Part shown: in pieces, positions 51,442 to 64,000 of the stretch
Layout of the letters: the number at the start of each line of letters is the position of its first letter
Numbering within the stretch: the stretch's first letter is position 1
NCBI GenBank assembly: GCA_964304625.1
Contig: OZ199838.1
Location: forward strand, 16,083,731-16,147,730
Length of the DNA: 64,000 nucleotides
Origin: Kudoa neothunni
Lineage: Eukaryota; Animalia; Cnidaria
Direction of reading: 5' to 3'
Translations under genes and position numbers: made by a program
Notes under the pieces: model-generated
The model's input: only the letters and a program-made list of their open reading frames with translations
Told to the model about the DNA's origin: nothing
Databases searched by the model: none

Positions 51442-54400
51442 TTATCGGGTTTTATCGTTTGAGCAATACAAATGAATGTAAGTTCCATTGGACGCGCATG
51501 AGAACGAGCTAAATGAATCGAATTATTTTTGAAAGCTTGAGAGAAAAGTGGTTAAAAAAACTCACCTTAGTCCAATTATTCTCCCACATTTTTGGCAAAG
51601 ATCACTGTCGGTGACCGCACATTTTTGGGATTCCATCGCACTGTGTTGTGTATTGAGCTAAAGATACGTTTAGAAAAGCACGCACAACATATATTTAATA
51701 ATATAAAAACTATACATTTCGTATTTTTATATTCAACAGAGAATTTTCTATTGAAAATTTCAACTGTTGATAGTTGGTCACATAGATGAGCTTTCTCAGA
51801 ATTTGATTCGTAACGGAGAGCTGTGTGCTTTCAGGCAATATGTTAACAATCTAAGAATGTCGATAAATTATAAAAATACAAAATCCTAACGTTAACTACA
51901 TCAAGAATTTGTTTCGGATTGAGTTTTGACATTATTTTGTCGAAATAATCCAACCCAGTTTTGAATAATTGTTGTTGTACCCAATAAGGAAGTAGATCTT
52001 CCTCTGTTGGGGGTTGATCAACTATGTTTAGTTGTTGTGGATTTTGACTCAGACAAAATCGAACGAAATGAAAAAATGCCTATAGCATGTAAAATTAAAT
52101 GGACTAGCACAAATAAGGTGTTACCTCAATTGGATGCGAGAGATTGTTAGCGGGGGAAAGGTTATGTTTAGCGTAGTATTTATCACAAAATCTATAGAGT
52201 GAACGCATGTATTTAAAAATTAAGTCAACGTTCATAAAATACTCAATGGCCAATTTGGAGTTGTGTAGACGAAACAAATACAAAAACAAAACTTGGCTAA
52301 TGTTTTCCATTTTTTCATATACGACGGCCTGCTCTTGTAACAAGTCTAAAATTAAAAACATGAATTCTGTACCAAAAAATAATAAAATTACTACAATCCG
52401 CCGTATTGAGATGAGTGAGAATTTTACGATAGTTAAATTTTTTTCCGATTTCAGCAACAAATTCAACAATTTACAACGATACATTTTAATTGGGTTGTTT
52501 TGGTCTATAAAAATATTTGTTTGTTGGCAAATTCGAGATTAGTTGATCAAAATGATGTTACCAATATCAGAAAGAGAAATAACTTCATTCTTAGGATATA
52601 AAACTTCATGAAGTACGCCACTTACTGACTTGCTATGGGGATTCTGGGAAACGTTGATTTTTTTTATTGATTCAACGTAATGTAGGAGCAATTCTTCTAT
52701 AAAATACTCGTCCTTCTCTTTCCAAACATTAATAATATGTTCCTATGAAAACGATTCAAATTAAAAATTCGTTAATACATTATCATTAATGAGAGTGAGA
52801 TACGAGGTAACTTTCAACAACTCCCGAATAGTTCAGCTGTTGAAGATGTTGCAACACTGTTTTGCGAGGAAGAGCTTCAATTTCTTCAGCCTCATCAATA
52901 AAAAGTGATAATCCCATCATGGATGAATTTTCAAAAACATATTTTGACTCTTCATTAATTACCTCGACAAATTCCGGTCCTACACACAAACATACGCGAT
53001 CAACGATAAATTAATTTTTTCCAAGTAACATATATTACCTAATGTCTTCAGATAGTTACATATAAGAATCAACGATTTGTTATTTGGATATTTGTTTTTG
53101 TATAAATCAAATGCTAAAAAATAAATAGATTTATTGTTACATATATAAATAGGAATGACAAATTAAATTTTAATTATTTTTTAAAAATTAAATCCTCATA
53201 TAAACTTGTATTTATTGTTTGTAAAATAGTCTAATGAATTTAATTTGATGGAACTTTATAAACTAACGATTAATATTATTAGTTTAGATTTAACAATTAA
53301 TTTCGAAATATTTATGTTTCTCAGTAGTAATGTCTATTGAATATCCATAAAATCTGTATAATTAACAATTAGATAAGATAAGATTAACAGAAATTATTGT
53401 CAATAGTTTTTGGATAATAAAATACATTTTGAATGGAGATTGTTGTGTTTATATAGTAGAATAAGTTCATCATTCCGATTGAGTTCCAGTAGCAATTTCT
53501 CCGTTAGATAAACGTTACACTGGTTATCCTTCAGACGAAGCAATGGACTAATCATGCCAATATTAATCTAAAATAATAAAATAAATGCAAAAGAACAATA
53601 AATTCATTGAATACTTGGCAATAACAATATACTAAACTTGTGTCTATTTTCTCAGCAAAATCCTCATGACTAACTAAAACAATCTAATAAGAAGGCTATT
53701 ACCAATTAATCACTCACTATTCTTCAAAGAACCCTGAATGCGGCGGATTCTTATCTACATACAAAAATTAAACTAATAACTACAAACGAACTACAACTTC
53801 GGTTAGATAATAGATGAGGACATTAAGCGACCTCTCAAGCTGGTCACCAGATAGATAGAGATCGTGCTCGTCGATTACATGTTTGTTATTATCGTCTAAA
53901 GTGGCGATAGGCACTGCCAACGGTAAACCAACAAAATTAGCCACCAACGGGAACAACCCTATCACTTTTAATGGATCATAACTGGTGCCGAGAAAGGTAT
54001 CCATAGACTCTTTGAATCTTTGTTGAGAGAACAACATCAATGCGTATATTCGATTAGTGTACAACTCAAGGGACGGTTTGAGTGGATTGTCATCGTTGAG
54101 ACATTTTACCAGCAATGATGCTAATTTTAAAATTACCACAAGTGTTCAGCTGTCTTATTTGGTTCTCAACTGGAAGTGGCACCATATTCCACACATAATT
54201 CTCTCCAACCACAAATATATCCATTTCGTTTTCGAATTGATTCTCCTTGGACGAATGAGAATTAAGTCCACACCTGTTGGGGTATATGTACATTGAAAGG
54301 GTGGGACAACCCAGAGAATGTGCTCGATGTGAGGTATCTGCTCAGAGGTATGCATTGTAGGATCTCAAATTTGCGGCCATCCCTACGTATGCAACCTGCA

Positions 54401-57400
54401 CCACTGAACTGGTTGTCAGAGTGATTACATATGGGAACTTGTACACTAAATAAGAGATACCTAATATCCATCCAGACTCACATGTTCCAACAATATACCT
54501 GTACTCTGAACAGTAGATGCCCATCTGACTGAGGAAATCAAATGAAACGACCCAGTTCGATTTAGACTGCTATCACTTCTACTATCGATGTGGTAAATTC
54601 TGGTGAGATCATGCTCTTTAATAAAAATTATGGGAGAAATTTGGCACACTTGCGTTTTTAATTCATCAGAGTTGTAGGAATTTTTGTATGGAAAATTAAT
54701 GCAACTACCACTACATGATCCATTTTTTACTGGGGGAACAACTTAGTGTAGGTATTTTTTGCCAGGAATGGGGGAGTTTGATCATTATGGTTGGTCAAAT
54801 AGGTGATATGAATATGGGGTTTTTGGGATTTCATTGTAGATAACAATTCCACCATTTCCAGTGTCTTGCCATATGAGAAAATACTCTTTTCTGGTTCCAA
54901 CACACACTATCTTGTCTGTAACCCATTCCACCACAAGTGGCACTTCATTGATATGCAGTTGATTTTCAGCTTTCAGCACATCAGCTCCTTCAAAACTGTA
55001 AAACTAAAATTCAAAGTACTTTATCAACACTACTCCACCAAAATGATATGTATGGCGTTACCAATAATTTTCTCTGTTTCACTAAAACCAATTTGAAATG
55101 TTGAATACAATATTCTAAAATGGACAAAGATTTGGTAGGATGAGTTAATAAAGTGTAAAATAATTTGTTATCGTTACCATAATGTTTCTTGTAGAATACC
55201 TATATTGATAGATTTATTTATTTATTAATTAATCACATATTATTAATTTTCACATACATGTTTGTAATTGGTTGCAAAAATACTAGGTTGTTTTTTGAAT
55301 GTGAGCGAATGTATAAGGGATAAATCTTTGAGATTATACAAAAGTAACGCATTTCCTATAAGAAATTAATTATTAATGAAATAATAATAATAATAATAAA
55401 AATATTTCCATATTGGCCTATAAAGACTATAATATTAAATAGAATTTAATTGTCAAGTTTCAAAACTATAAAATGATTGTTTAAAGACTTGGCTTGGTCT
55501 ACAATAAAAAATATTACCTATCCCAAATAAATAGCTATCCACGTACTAGATTGACCGAGACTAATTCAATGTAAAGGAAATATATGACTGAGTGCTATTT
55601 TCATTAAAGATTTATTAGTATAAGAATTTAGTCCATATGCTTCCTTCAATGGCAATAAATTTATAATTAGAATTAGAAAATATTTAAATAATTAATATTA
55701 GTTTTGTTGGTGGATTAAAATTTTATCTGAATTACCCAAGCGATGTTTAGATGAATACGCACGTAATTTAAATTACAAACATGGGAAAGCATAAAAGCAG
55801 GGTTGGTATTATCATTAGTAATGCAAATAATATTCAGATGACACATGTTTTGACTATATTTAATTAGTTTTGGCCCATCTCTTCGTTATTGGGGCAAAAA
55901 TTTAATGAAATATAGCATATTCTAAAATGTTAAATCTGCAGATGGCTTGTGAATAAGAGTATCTGGAGTAATAAATTGTCATCGTGCACGCTTACGTGTT
56001 ATTTAGGAATAAAAGTTACTAGGCCAATAGTTTGCGCTCTTCAAAAAAGTGGTCTCAGAACAACCTTCGAGATAATAAATTACGGTAATTTTAAAAACTT
56101 AAACGTACACAATACATAGAGATTCACGCGGGTAAAAATGAATTTTTATTTATTTGGAATGTTTACTCCATTTCAAAAATCATTTTCTCCACAAATGACT
56201 TCCCAATAAATATAAATTATACACAATAGCATACGCAGTGTGATCCTGATAACCAATTAAACCATAGTAAAGCGAATAAAATTAAACGAGAGAAGCGAAA
56301 CCTAGGGAAATGAAATTTCGCGTCATTTTTAAATTATTTTCGGTTGATGTCGCTAATTAATGATGGCAATTATATATTTAAAATATATATATATATATAT
56401 ATATATAGAAGAATAAAATTAATTAATAATAAATAAACAATCTATTGAACTATATATAATGAACCTAATTTAGTTAAATTTCATAAACTTATTCTAACAA
56501 TACTAAAATACTAACAAAGATCATTCAAATCTAAGATATTAAGATTACATAAAAAAGAACATGAACTTTAGAGTAGACGCTTGTGAATGACGATTATTTT
56601 TAAGAAATGAATATAGCTACCATAAAAAATAATGGAACCACGTGGTCAGTTATATCTGCGATTCAGGGCAGGGTTGTCAGACGATTTTTGTAAGTCATAC
56701 CAAATAAAATAATAGAAACGTACCTAATAGTGCCAAAAAATTTAAAATCGTACTAAAATTTAAAAAAAAAGGGATCACATTTTTATAATACAAAAAATAT
56801 AATTTTAGCAACATTAAACTAGTCGAAGCAGAAAAAATAGTTGATAGGTTTTATTCATATATCAAAATATTAACTCATTATAACTGTTCTCCTCCTTTTC
56901 ATCATCTATTTATCATTATAATAATTAATTATCATTATAATAATTATCATTATAATAATTATCATTATAATAATTATCATTATAATAATTATCATTATAA
57001 TAATTATCATTATAATAATTATCATTATAATAATTATCATTATAATAATTATCATTATCATTATCATTATCATTATAATAATTATCATTATAATAATTAT
57101 CATTATAATAATTATCATTATCATTATCATTATCATTATAATAATTATCATTATAATAATTATCATTATCATCATCATCATTATAATAATTATCATTATC
57201 ATCATCATATAGGTTTATTTTTTCCTATCATTTTAGTTAATTGGTCAAATGGATTCCATCTCATGCGACTGGCGTCTCTCAATAAACATTCTGTATACAA
57301 GTATATAGCAGAGCATTTATTGTTTCAACATCCAATATAAATCTTCTTTTTAACTTTATTTTATTCACTAATAAAAATAATCTCTCAGCAGATCCAGACG

Positions 57401-59446
57401 AATGAGGAAAAGCAAGTAAAGACAGCATTAATTTTGGCAGTAATCGATACTTAAATGTTTCTCCTCTTTTTTCATTCGTGATCACATACTAATATTTCTT
57501 TGGGTCATTTTCAACAATAATATTTGTAAATCTCATTGAGAGGAGTATGATGGAATGGGGTTTTCCTTCATTGGCATTTGCAAGAAGTATTGCTTCAATC
57601 ATATGAAAATGCATAAATTTTGAAATGCTTAAAACCTTTGAAATATCTGTTTCGTCAGTGATAGATGGAAATCCAGAGTTGTGGTAAGAAAGTAAACAAG
57701 ATCTAGAGTACTTATTCCAGTAGCATTTTTATTCTAAATTGATTCTACTTCCCACCCTTAATAAAACTTATCCGGAAGAATATAATTTAAGAGGTATTTA
57801 AATTTAAGCTCCAGGAGGTGTTATTTTTGATCAACTTCTCAAAAAATCATTAAGTTTCACTTTAATGATATTATCAAATGAATTCAAAGTTGAATTTATT
57901 GACTATGAGTAAAAAGAAGTTATAATAAACACAGTGCATTTTATTTATGAGATTAAATAGAGATGCAAATATTAAAGTGTGGGGTTACCCCTGTTTTTTA
58001 ACGGTCAAACCTCAAGAAACGTTGTGAGGTAGTGAGAACCGTCGATTCTTCCGATATTTTCTGAATAACTTGCTCAAGAAACAGCCATCATATGCAGCAG
58101 AGATACAATATCATCTGATACTCGATGGGGAATAATTATTGATTCGTCATATTTATTTTGACGTTTTGAGCAACCTGAGTGGATACTTTGCGCCATGTCT
58201 TCAGACACATTTTCTCATTATATGGCATGCACTTATAATAATTCTATCTCGAAACTCATTGACTTTAAAACGCACCAACTTCCATCGAAGTTGTAGTTGT
58301 AACAATACCATTATTTAAGTCGAAAACATACCATTTTGGTATGTTTCCTATCAACTCTGGCAAGCAAACCTGCAGCGATTACCTTTGCAAAAATTTGAAA
58401 ACCTTATTTATTTTAAAAATAATATATTTATGAATCGCATAAAAATGAACGAAAATTAATGAAAAATCAAAAAAGCTGTCAATAGATAATCCGAAATTAA
58501 ACCATAAATCAGTTAATGGAATATCGACACCTATCGCTTTGTATTTAAATTTAAATTCAATTTAATCATTCCTATTTTATTTACCATATTAATTAACAAC
58601 ATATTGTTTATTAAACAATAATATATTATTTATCGAATGGAAAACAATTTAACTTATTATAAAAATAAATTGAATTTTATTTCACATACAACACATATCA
58701 ACCAACTTAAATATAGATGCAGTTATTCACTCAAAATACCTAACTAACATCATATAATCAAACATTACAGCGGTCGAAATAAAACAGATTAACAAGCATT
58801 AATATATTTAATGCAATTTTAATCCGCTGCAATTAAGTAATTAAATCTTTTAAACTTCACTTACAAAAATAACAATAATCCAATTATGAATATATATATA
58901 TATTCATAAATTTAATACGTGATTATCAGTAAATTTAATTGGCTTAATAAAAGGTAATTAATCTCCATGACAACACACCAATAATATTAGAATAACGACA
59001 ATAAGTTAGAAATTAAAATAGACAAAAAACAAAACAGAGATTAAATAATGGTGGGATTACCTGTTACAATGAGGAAAAGGTCCAACAAAGGCATAATTTC
59101 GCTCTACAAATAGCACCGAATAAATACAATCAATCTATAGAAAATCACATGGATAATTGGTTTTTTAGCAAAGCCTTTAATGGACGTTTGAATGACCACA
59201 TTTCGTGTTTTTTGTTCTAACCAATTTAAATTTTAACTAATGCTACTAATTGAACAACAATGAACCTTTAGTATCGATATTGTATTTCAGTAATGATCCT
59301 TGGTCGGTGATTAGAAAAATCGAGTGACCTAAATCAGTTCAGCATAACCAGAACAGAATAGGAAATGAGAAACCATCAAAATTGAAATTTTTAATCGGCA
59401 ACGAAAAATTTGCCACTGCAGGGACACACTCAAAAGCTACATGCAT
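51442..59446 (-). CDS. VPS39: Vam6/Vps39 HOPS subunit (multi-exon; several frame breaks in 54100-54860)
   Basis: MHVAFECVPAV, CVGTRKEYFLI, FPYVITL, VWNMVPLPVENQIRQL, YALMLFSQQRFKESMDTF..DPLKVIGLFP, LLRLKDNQC, GLSLFIDEAEEIEALPRKTVLQHL, EHIINVW and a C-terminal Zn finger CQKCGRIIGLSSF..NGTYIHLYC. An alternative in-frame ATG lies at 59530. Confidence 0.9.
56906..57208. repeat. 15-bp minisatellite (ATCATTATAATAATT)n grading into ATC/ATT triplets
   Basis: Directly visible tandem array. It lies in the large VPS39 intron, 3' of the hAT remnant. Confidence 0.92.
57260..58230 (-). mobile_element. hAT transposase relic in a VPS39 intron
   Basis: Dimerisation domain LLAFPHSSGSAERLFLLVNKIKLKRR..ETINALL. 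Upstream fragments EDMAQSIH..CSKRQ and WLFLEQVIQKI resemble TRWLSLE. A hAT-like terminus CAGGGTTGTCAG lies near 56669. Confidence 0.8.
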
Positions 59447-59676
59447 GGTTGTAGAGCTGGATTTTGGACTGGAATCTTTGGCCGGTTCAAAGTTATCACA
59501 CGAGTAGCTATTCTTTGAGTGATAACCCATCGAAAATAGTCTATCAACGTAGATATTGTAAATCGTAATAGTATACCGAGTAAGCGCGACAAGGAACGAC
59601 AAAAAATAAAAATACAATTCAAATAATAATCTACAAACTATCACCACTCTTATTTATACTAATAGCAGCGCATTTT

Positions 59677-61486
59677 CTAAAGTAATGATTTGCCGAGTGA
59701 GGTCATATTGGTTTTGGATTGGTCACTCTGCATTTTTACTTTCTCTTTTTTAAATGCAATATTGTTTGCTTTTTTCTCGCATCTTCTTAGCTGTATAATA
59801 CATTACATTCGAATAGAAAAATTATTAATGACTTGTTTGTATTGTTTGATAGTATTTTTACGAATTTTTTTGTCTTGTTTGCTTTCTTTTTTATTGCGTT
59901 TGATTGCATGGGAATAAGTGGATTTAAGTTGGGATATGTAAGATTCAACATCCACATCACCATCATTAATGACAGTGGAATTAATTGATGTGGGTTGTTC
60001 GACTTCTTTTGGAAACCCACTATGTTTGGATAATATCACCTTTTTGTTGGGTTTCAAACCCAACACCTTAGGGCGATATGTGACACAACTAGAATTTTCA
60101 CTGATGGTGAGATCGTCTTCAATTGTGATGTGTCTTTTTTTGGGCGAGCGAAGATCACGTTCATAAACTGGAGTATATTTTTCATTATCATAATCATCTT
60201 CATTTTTGGAATCAGATTCATCATCACAATCACTGTCTGTGTTTACGTCTCGCAGTTGATAGTTGAGGAGAATCTGCTCGTTAATCTTTCTTAGTTCAGG
60301 GTCGTTTTTGTCCACAGTTTGTTTGTTGGAGGATTTCTCCTTGTGCACAAATTCATTGCACAGACGTTGAAAATGTAGATTGTCCAATGGAATCGAGTTA
60401 TGATGCGATTTGGCATCGGCTAAAGTTTCCATTTGACTCTCGATATGAGCGGACGACAATCCCAGGTTATCGTAACTCTCTCCTCTGTCCACATACTCAC
60501 GAAGTACCGACTCGAAATGATTGTCAAGATTGGTCAACCCTAAATTTTTATCGTTTTAACTGTTTTTTTTTTTGACTCAATGAGATCAATAACCTTCACT
60601 CCTAGCCATTGAACTGGCCGAAGCCACACTTCCTAAAGTATTCGGTCTAATAAAACCCCATCTTAAATGAGATCTTCCACAATCTTCACTTGAAGACAAG
60701 TCTTCATACTGATACAAATGTTTATTCTTAGAGTGATGCCCCACTTTGCTAGATTTAATGTAACTATCCAGGATGTCTTCATCATCGATTTCGTCCATAA
60801 ATCCCTGAATTTGAGTAGATTGTATTAAATTTAATTTGATTTAATTAAATTCAACTAATTTCAATAAGAATAATCAACCTTCATCACAAAATCGTCTTCC
60901 ATCTCCTCAATCTCCTCTATATCGATGTCTCCATCGAAATCTAGGCCGAGTTTCTTCAGCTCGTCGACCAAATCCTATCAAATATTAAAGAAAAATCAAA
61001 GTAAACAGAAAAATTACGACTCCATGTTCAAAATCATCATTACTTTGATCCTCTGGCAAAAATTAATTATTTTATATATTTAAATGAGAAACATTATTAC
61101 TGATTTCATCGTCGTTTTCAGCATCATCGTTGGATTCATTATCTGTGGGTGGAATAGGCTTACTACTAGCAGCAAAAATATTCTTCAAATCATCCATTGT
61201 ACACTTTTTAATCTCTCCTTGGTAGCTATAAATAACCATAAAATTAATTTATTTAATTAATTTAAATAATATTTGCACTCTTTATCGTTGTTGTCGTCAA
61301 CATTATCCAACAAACCAAGTTCTCCAAGAAATTTCTAGTATACAGTGAAAATAATTACACTCCCATTCAGAATACCTCTGCTGCTTCACTTTCCGGCACA
61401 AACTCTGGAACTTGACTGCCTTCTTGATTGACGCTTTTTATCAATCCAAATGTGATTTCCTTTCCTTTCGTTGAACGTTTCTCCAT
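59677..61486 (-). CDS. LTV1: LTV1, pre-40S ribosome biogenesis factor (multi-exon)
   Basis: EEMEDDFVMK, SASSMARSE|GLTNLDNHFE, YRPKVLG..VILSKHSGFP and RNKKESKQDKKIRKNTIKQYKQ|LRRCEKKANNIAFKKEK match LTV1 hallmark blocks. Confidence 0.85.
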
Positions 61487-61691
61487 TTTCTCACGCCTGC
61501 GTGAGATTATCGAACATTTATTCAGCATTGATCAGGTGGCAAAACCAACCGAATAAGATGGCTTACTTAGGTGTGAACATTGTTGATTTATTTTATTCTA
61601 TTGAAATTAGAAAGTGTCATTTATTTGCGATACATAAATTTCAACTTTCGAATACATACAGTCAACTGCGCGCGATGTTTAAAGGATTTAA
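61487..61691. promoter_or_regulatory. About 205-bp bidirectional promoter between LTV1 and COX15
   Basis: Divergent ATGs at 61486 (-) and 61692 (+). Contains GCGCGCG at 61668-61674. Confidence 0.55.
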
Positions 61692-63181
61692 ATGTTGGCG
61701 AGATTTTGCTTGAGTAAACAATTCTTACACAAATATAAAATTATTAATAATAATAATAATGTGTTTTTTGGTCCACAAACAAAACAATTTTCAAATGGAA
61801 TAGTGGATAAAATGTTGATGACGTCAAAAATTTCAAATCCATTAACCTTTATTCGATTTAAAACTGATACTACTATCACCACTCAACCTACTAGTAATTA
61901 TTCAGTCAGTAGAGTGTAAAGAGTTTCAATTGTTTAAAGCTAGCAAAGCCGTCGGAGTGTGGCTAGCCACATGTAGTTTTATGGTCGCAGGTGCTATTAT
62001 TATTGGAGGTTACACACGCCTCAAAAATGCCGGTCTCTCCATGGTCAAGTGGAAACTTGTTGACGATATGTTCCTTCCAAACTCAGATGAACAATGGCTC
62101 ACCACCTACGAGGAATACAAACAATACCCCGAGTACCACTTTTCCGATGAGGAAATCACTTTGAATAAATTTAAAAAAATCTATTTCCTCGAATACTTCC
62201 ATCGATTGTGGGGAAGATTAACAGGATTTGTATTCGTGATACCTACTGTGTTGTTTCTACTCACCGGCAAACTTAAAGGAATGGAAAAACGCGCACTTAT
62301 CTACAATCTACTTGTTTTGGCTCAGGTTGGGCCTTTTTATATTAAATTAGCGTTTACAATTTGGCGGTATTATATGCGGCTCCAATTGTAGGGTCTCATG
62401 GGGTGGATTATGGTCAAAAGTGGCTTGAAAGAAGAAACTATGAGTAGCCATGGCGATCCAGGTGTTAGTCAGTATCGTTTAGCGTCACATTTGGGATTGG
62501 CTCTGATTCTGTACTCGTTGACCACTTGGCAAGCGTTCAAAATACTTTTGCCCCTAGCCAGTGTAGATTATCTGTTTAATATTTGTGGTTTGGATCATTT
62601 GATTAATTTTTTGCGTGTGCTGATTGTTGTGACATTTTTTTTGGTTTTAGGTTCCACCTGGATTCACCTCTAAAATCTCCAAACCTATGCTTATGAGTGG
62701 ACATATTGCACTTTTAATGGTGTTCATTACAAGTCTCTATGGAGGAATAGTTGCAGGTATGGATGCCGGAAAGGTTTGCGATACCTATCCTAAGATGAAT
62801 GGTAAATGGATTCCCGATGGATTGGACGAGCTGAGTCCTAAGTGGAAAAATCTTTTCGAAAATCCACTTACCGCCCAATTCATCCATCGCATCCTTGCTC
62901 ATATAACGGCTGGAACCTGCGTTTATGCTGCTTGTAAAGCTTTACGCCTGAATCCCACACCAATGAGAATATCATTCGCTTGTTCCGCTGTCATTTCTCT
63001 CACACTTCTTCAGATGTATTTCGGGGTCAAAACTGTGTGGAGTGGTGTCGATATAGAATTGGCATTAAACCACCAGCTTTGCGCTGTTGTCATGCTGACC
63101 AGTTTGTTGTTGCTCTCTCTGGAAATTTCACAACTTAAAAAGGGTCAATTCAAAAAAGTAATGCCAAAAAACATAATTTAA
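61692..63181 (+). CDS. COX15: Heme A synthase COX15 (4 exons) with an N-terminal mitochondrial presequence
   Basis: [74 protein letters not shown] and HQL. The four conserved His residues are present. The N-terminus is basic and poor in acidic residues. Confidence 0.95.
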
Positions 63182-64000
63182 AATTAGTTTATTCGCTATG
63201 ACTGCGTTCACTCGACTTTCTGTTTGCGTGTTTTTAATATATTTAGTTTGAGTTAAACTACACTTGTAAATATACTAATTTTAAGTTGAGAGGTTTTAAT
63301 AGATTTTAATGTTAATTAAGTTATTTAGCTTAATGCTTTTTCAAACATTAATTCCTGTTATATAATAAAATTCTCGAATTCATTTAGTAAGATAATTTAA
63401 TAAATTAAACTTATATTGATATAATATAAAATTTCAAATTTTATTATTTAAAATCTTTTGTAATCTGTCCATTAAGGCGGACAAGTGGAATTTATTTACG
63501 TTAGCAAATTGGCGCAGATGAAAGAATTTTCAAATAATACTTTCTGCACTTATTTTACATAACATATGTGATATGGACACGTCAGATAGACAAAGTTTTG
63601 TCCATATTTTAGTTATTTTCTTTAAAACCTCCTGGAGTTGGAATTTCTACAAATTTTTACCTGGATCTCAAATCATTTCTACATAGGCACTGATTTGATC
63701 AAAAAATGATTAGAATAGTGTTCTCCAATCTTTTTTAATTCTAAAAAATTTTTCTTCTGAGGATGTCAGATGACCCACTTAAATAATGAAAATATTTGAT
63801 AGAATTAAAAACTAATAATTTACAGTTTATTATATTATATTTATATCCAATATTATATATAATGAAAATCTAATAATGGAAATGATTCGTTTTTCTTCCG
63901 ATTATAAATATAGTTAATACTCAAATATTCGATATATTTTTTATATACATAAAACAGAAAATATAGTATTTGAAATACCTTGGTTTTAATATTTAATTAA

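Noticed and set aside
54730-54790. In-frame TAA/TGA codons in VPS39 as evidence of a reassigned genetic code
   Set aside because: Other genes in the window end at TAA/TAG and have stop-free exons. An intron or an indel pair explains these stops.
56906-57208. 100-aa Met/Ile-only ORF
   Set aside because: It is simply the translation of the ATC/ATT/ATA minisatellite.
3205-63181. Functional gene cluster (Sly1, Cbl and Vps39 in trafficking; LTV1 with Vps39)
   Set aside because: These housekeeping genes are interspersed with unrelated genes and TEs, and nothing in the sequence shows co-regulation beyond ordinary linkage.

Overview
AT-rich eukaryotic nuclear DNA with spliceosomal introns (most about 40-70 nt, a few 1-4 kb) and fast-evolving, animal-type genes. 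A reduced metazoan parasite such as a myxozoan is plausible, but that is inference. I can reconstruct nine spliced genes: SCFD1/Sly1 (+), an orphan signal-peptide/TM protein (+), ARMT1/DUF89 (-), a degenerate EF-hand protein (+), SPT16 (-), a low-complexity WxHD-motif protein (+), a short Cbl E3 ligase (+), VPS39 (-) and LTV1 (-), plus COX15 (+) as a tenth. Intergenic DNA and the large introns hold many DNA-transposon relics: two piggyBac, one full-length Tc1/IS630-like element, three related Merlin elements (two with TIRs and 8-bp TSDs), one hAT, a possible gypsy integrase and a Helitron-like end. There are also two AT-rich minisatellites. I found no prokaryotic features and no convincing new multi-gene system. 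The best leads are a Cbl with an altered phosphotyrosine pocket, clustered 1-nt frame breaks in CBL and VPS39 (most likely assembly errors), a dense Merlin family, and a (CG)n box just upstream of housekeeping start codons.
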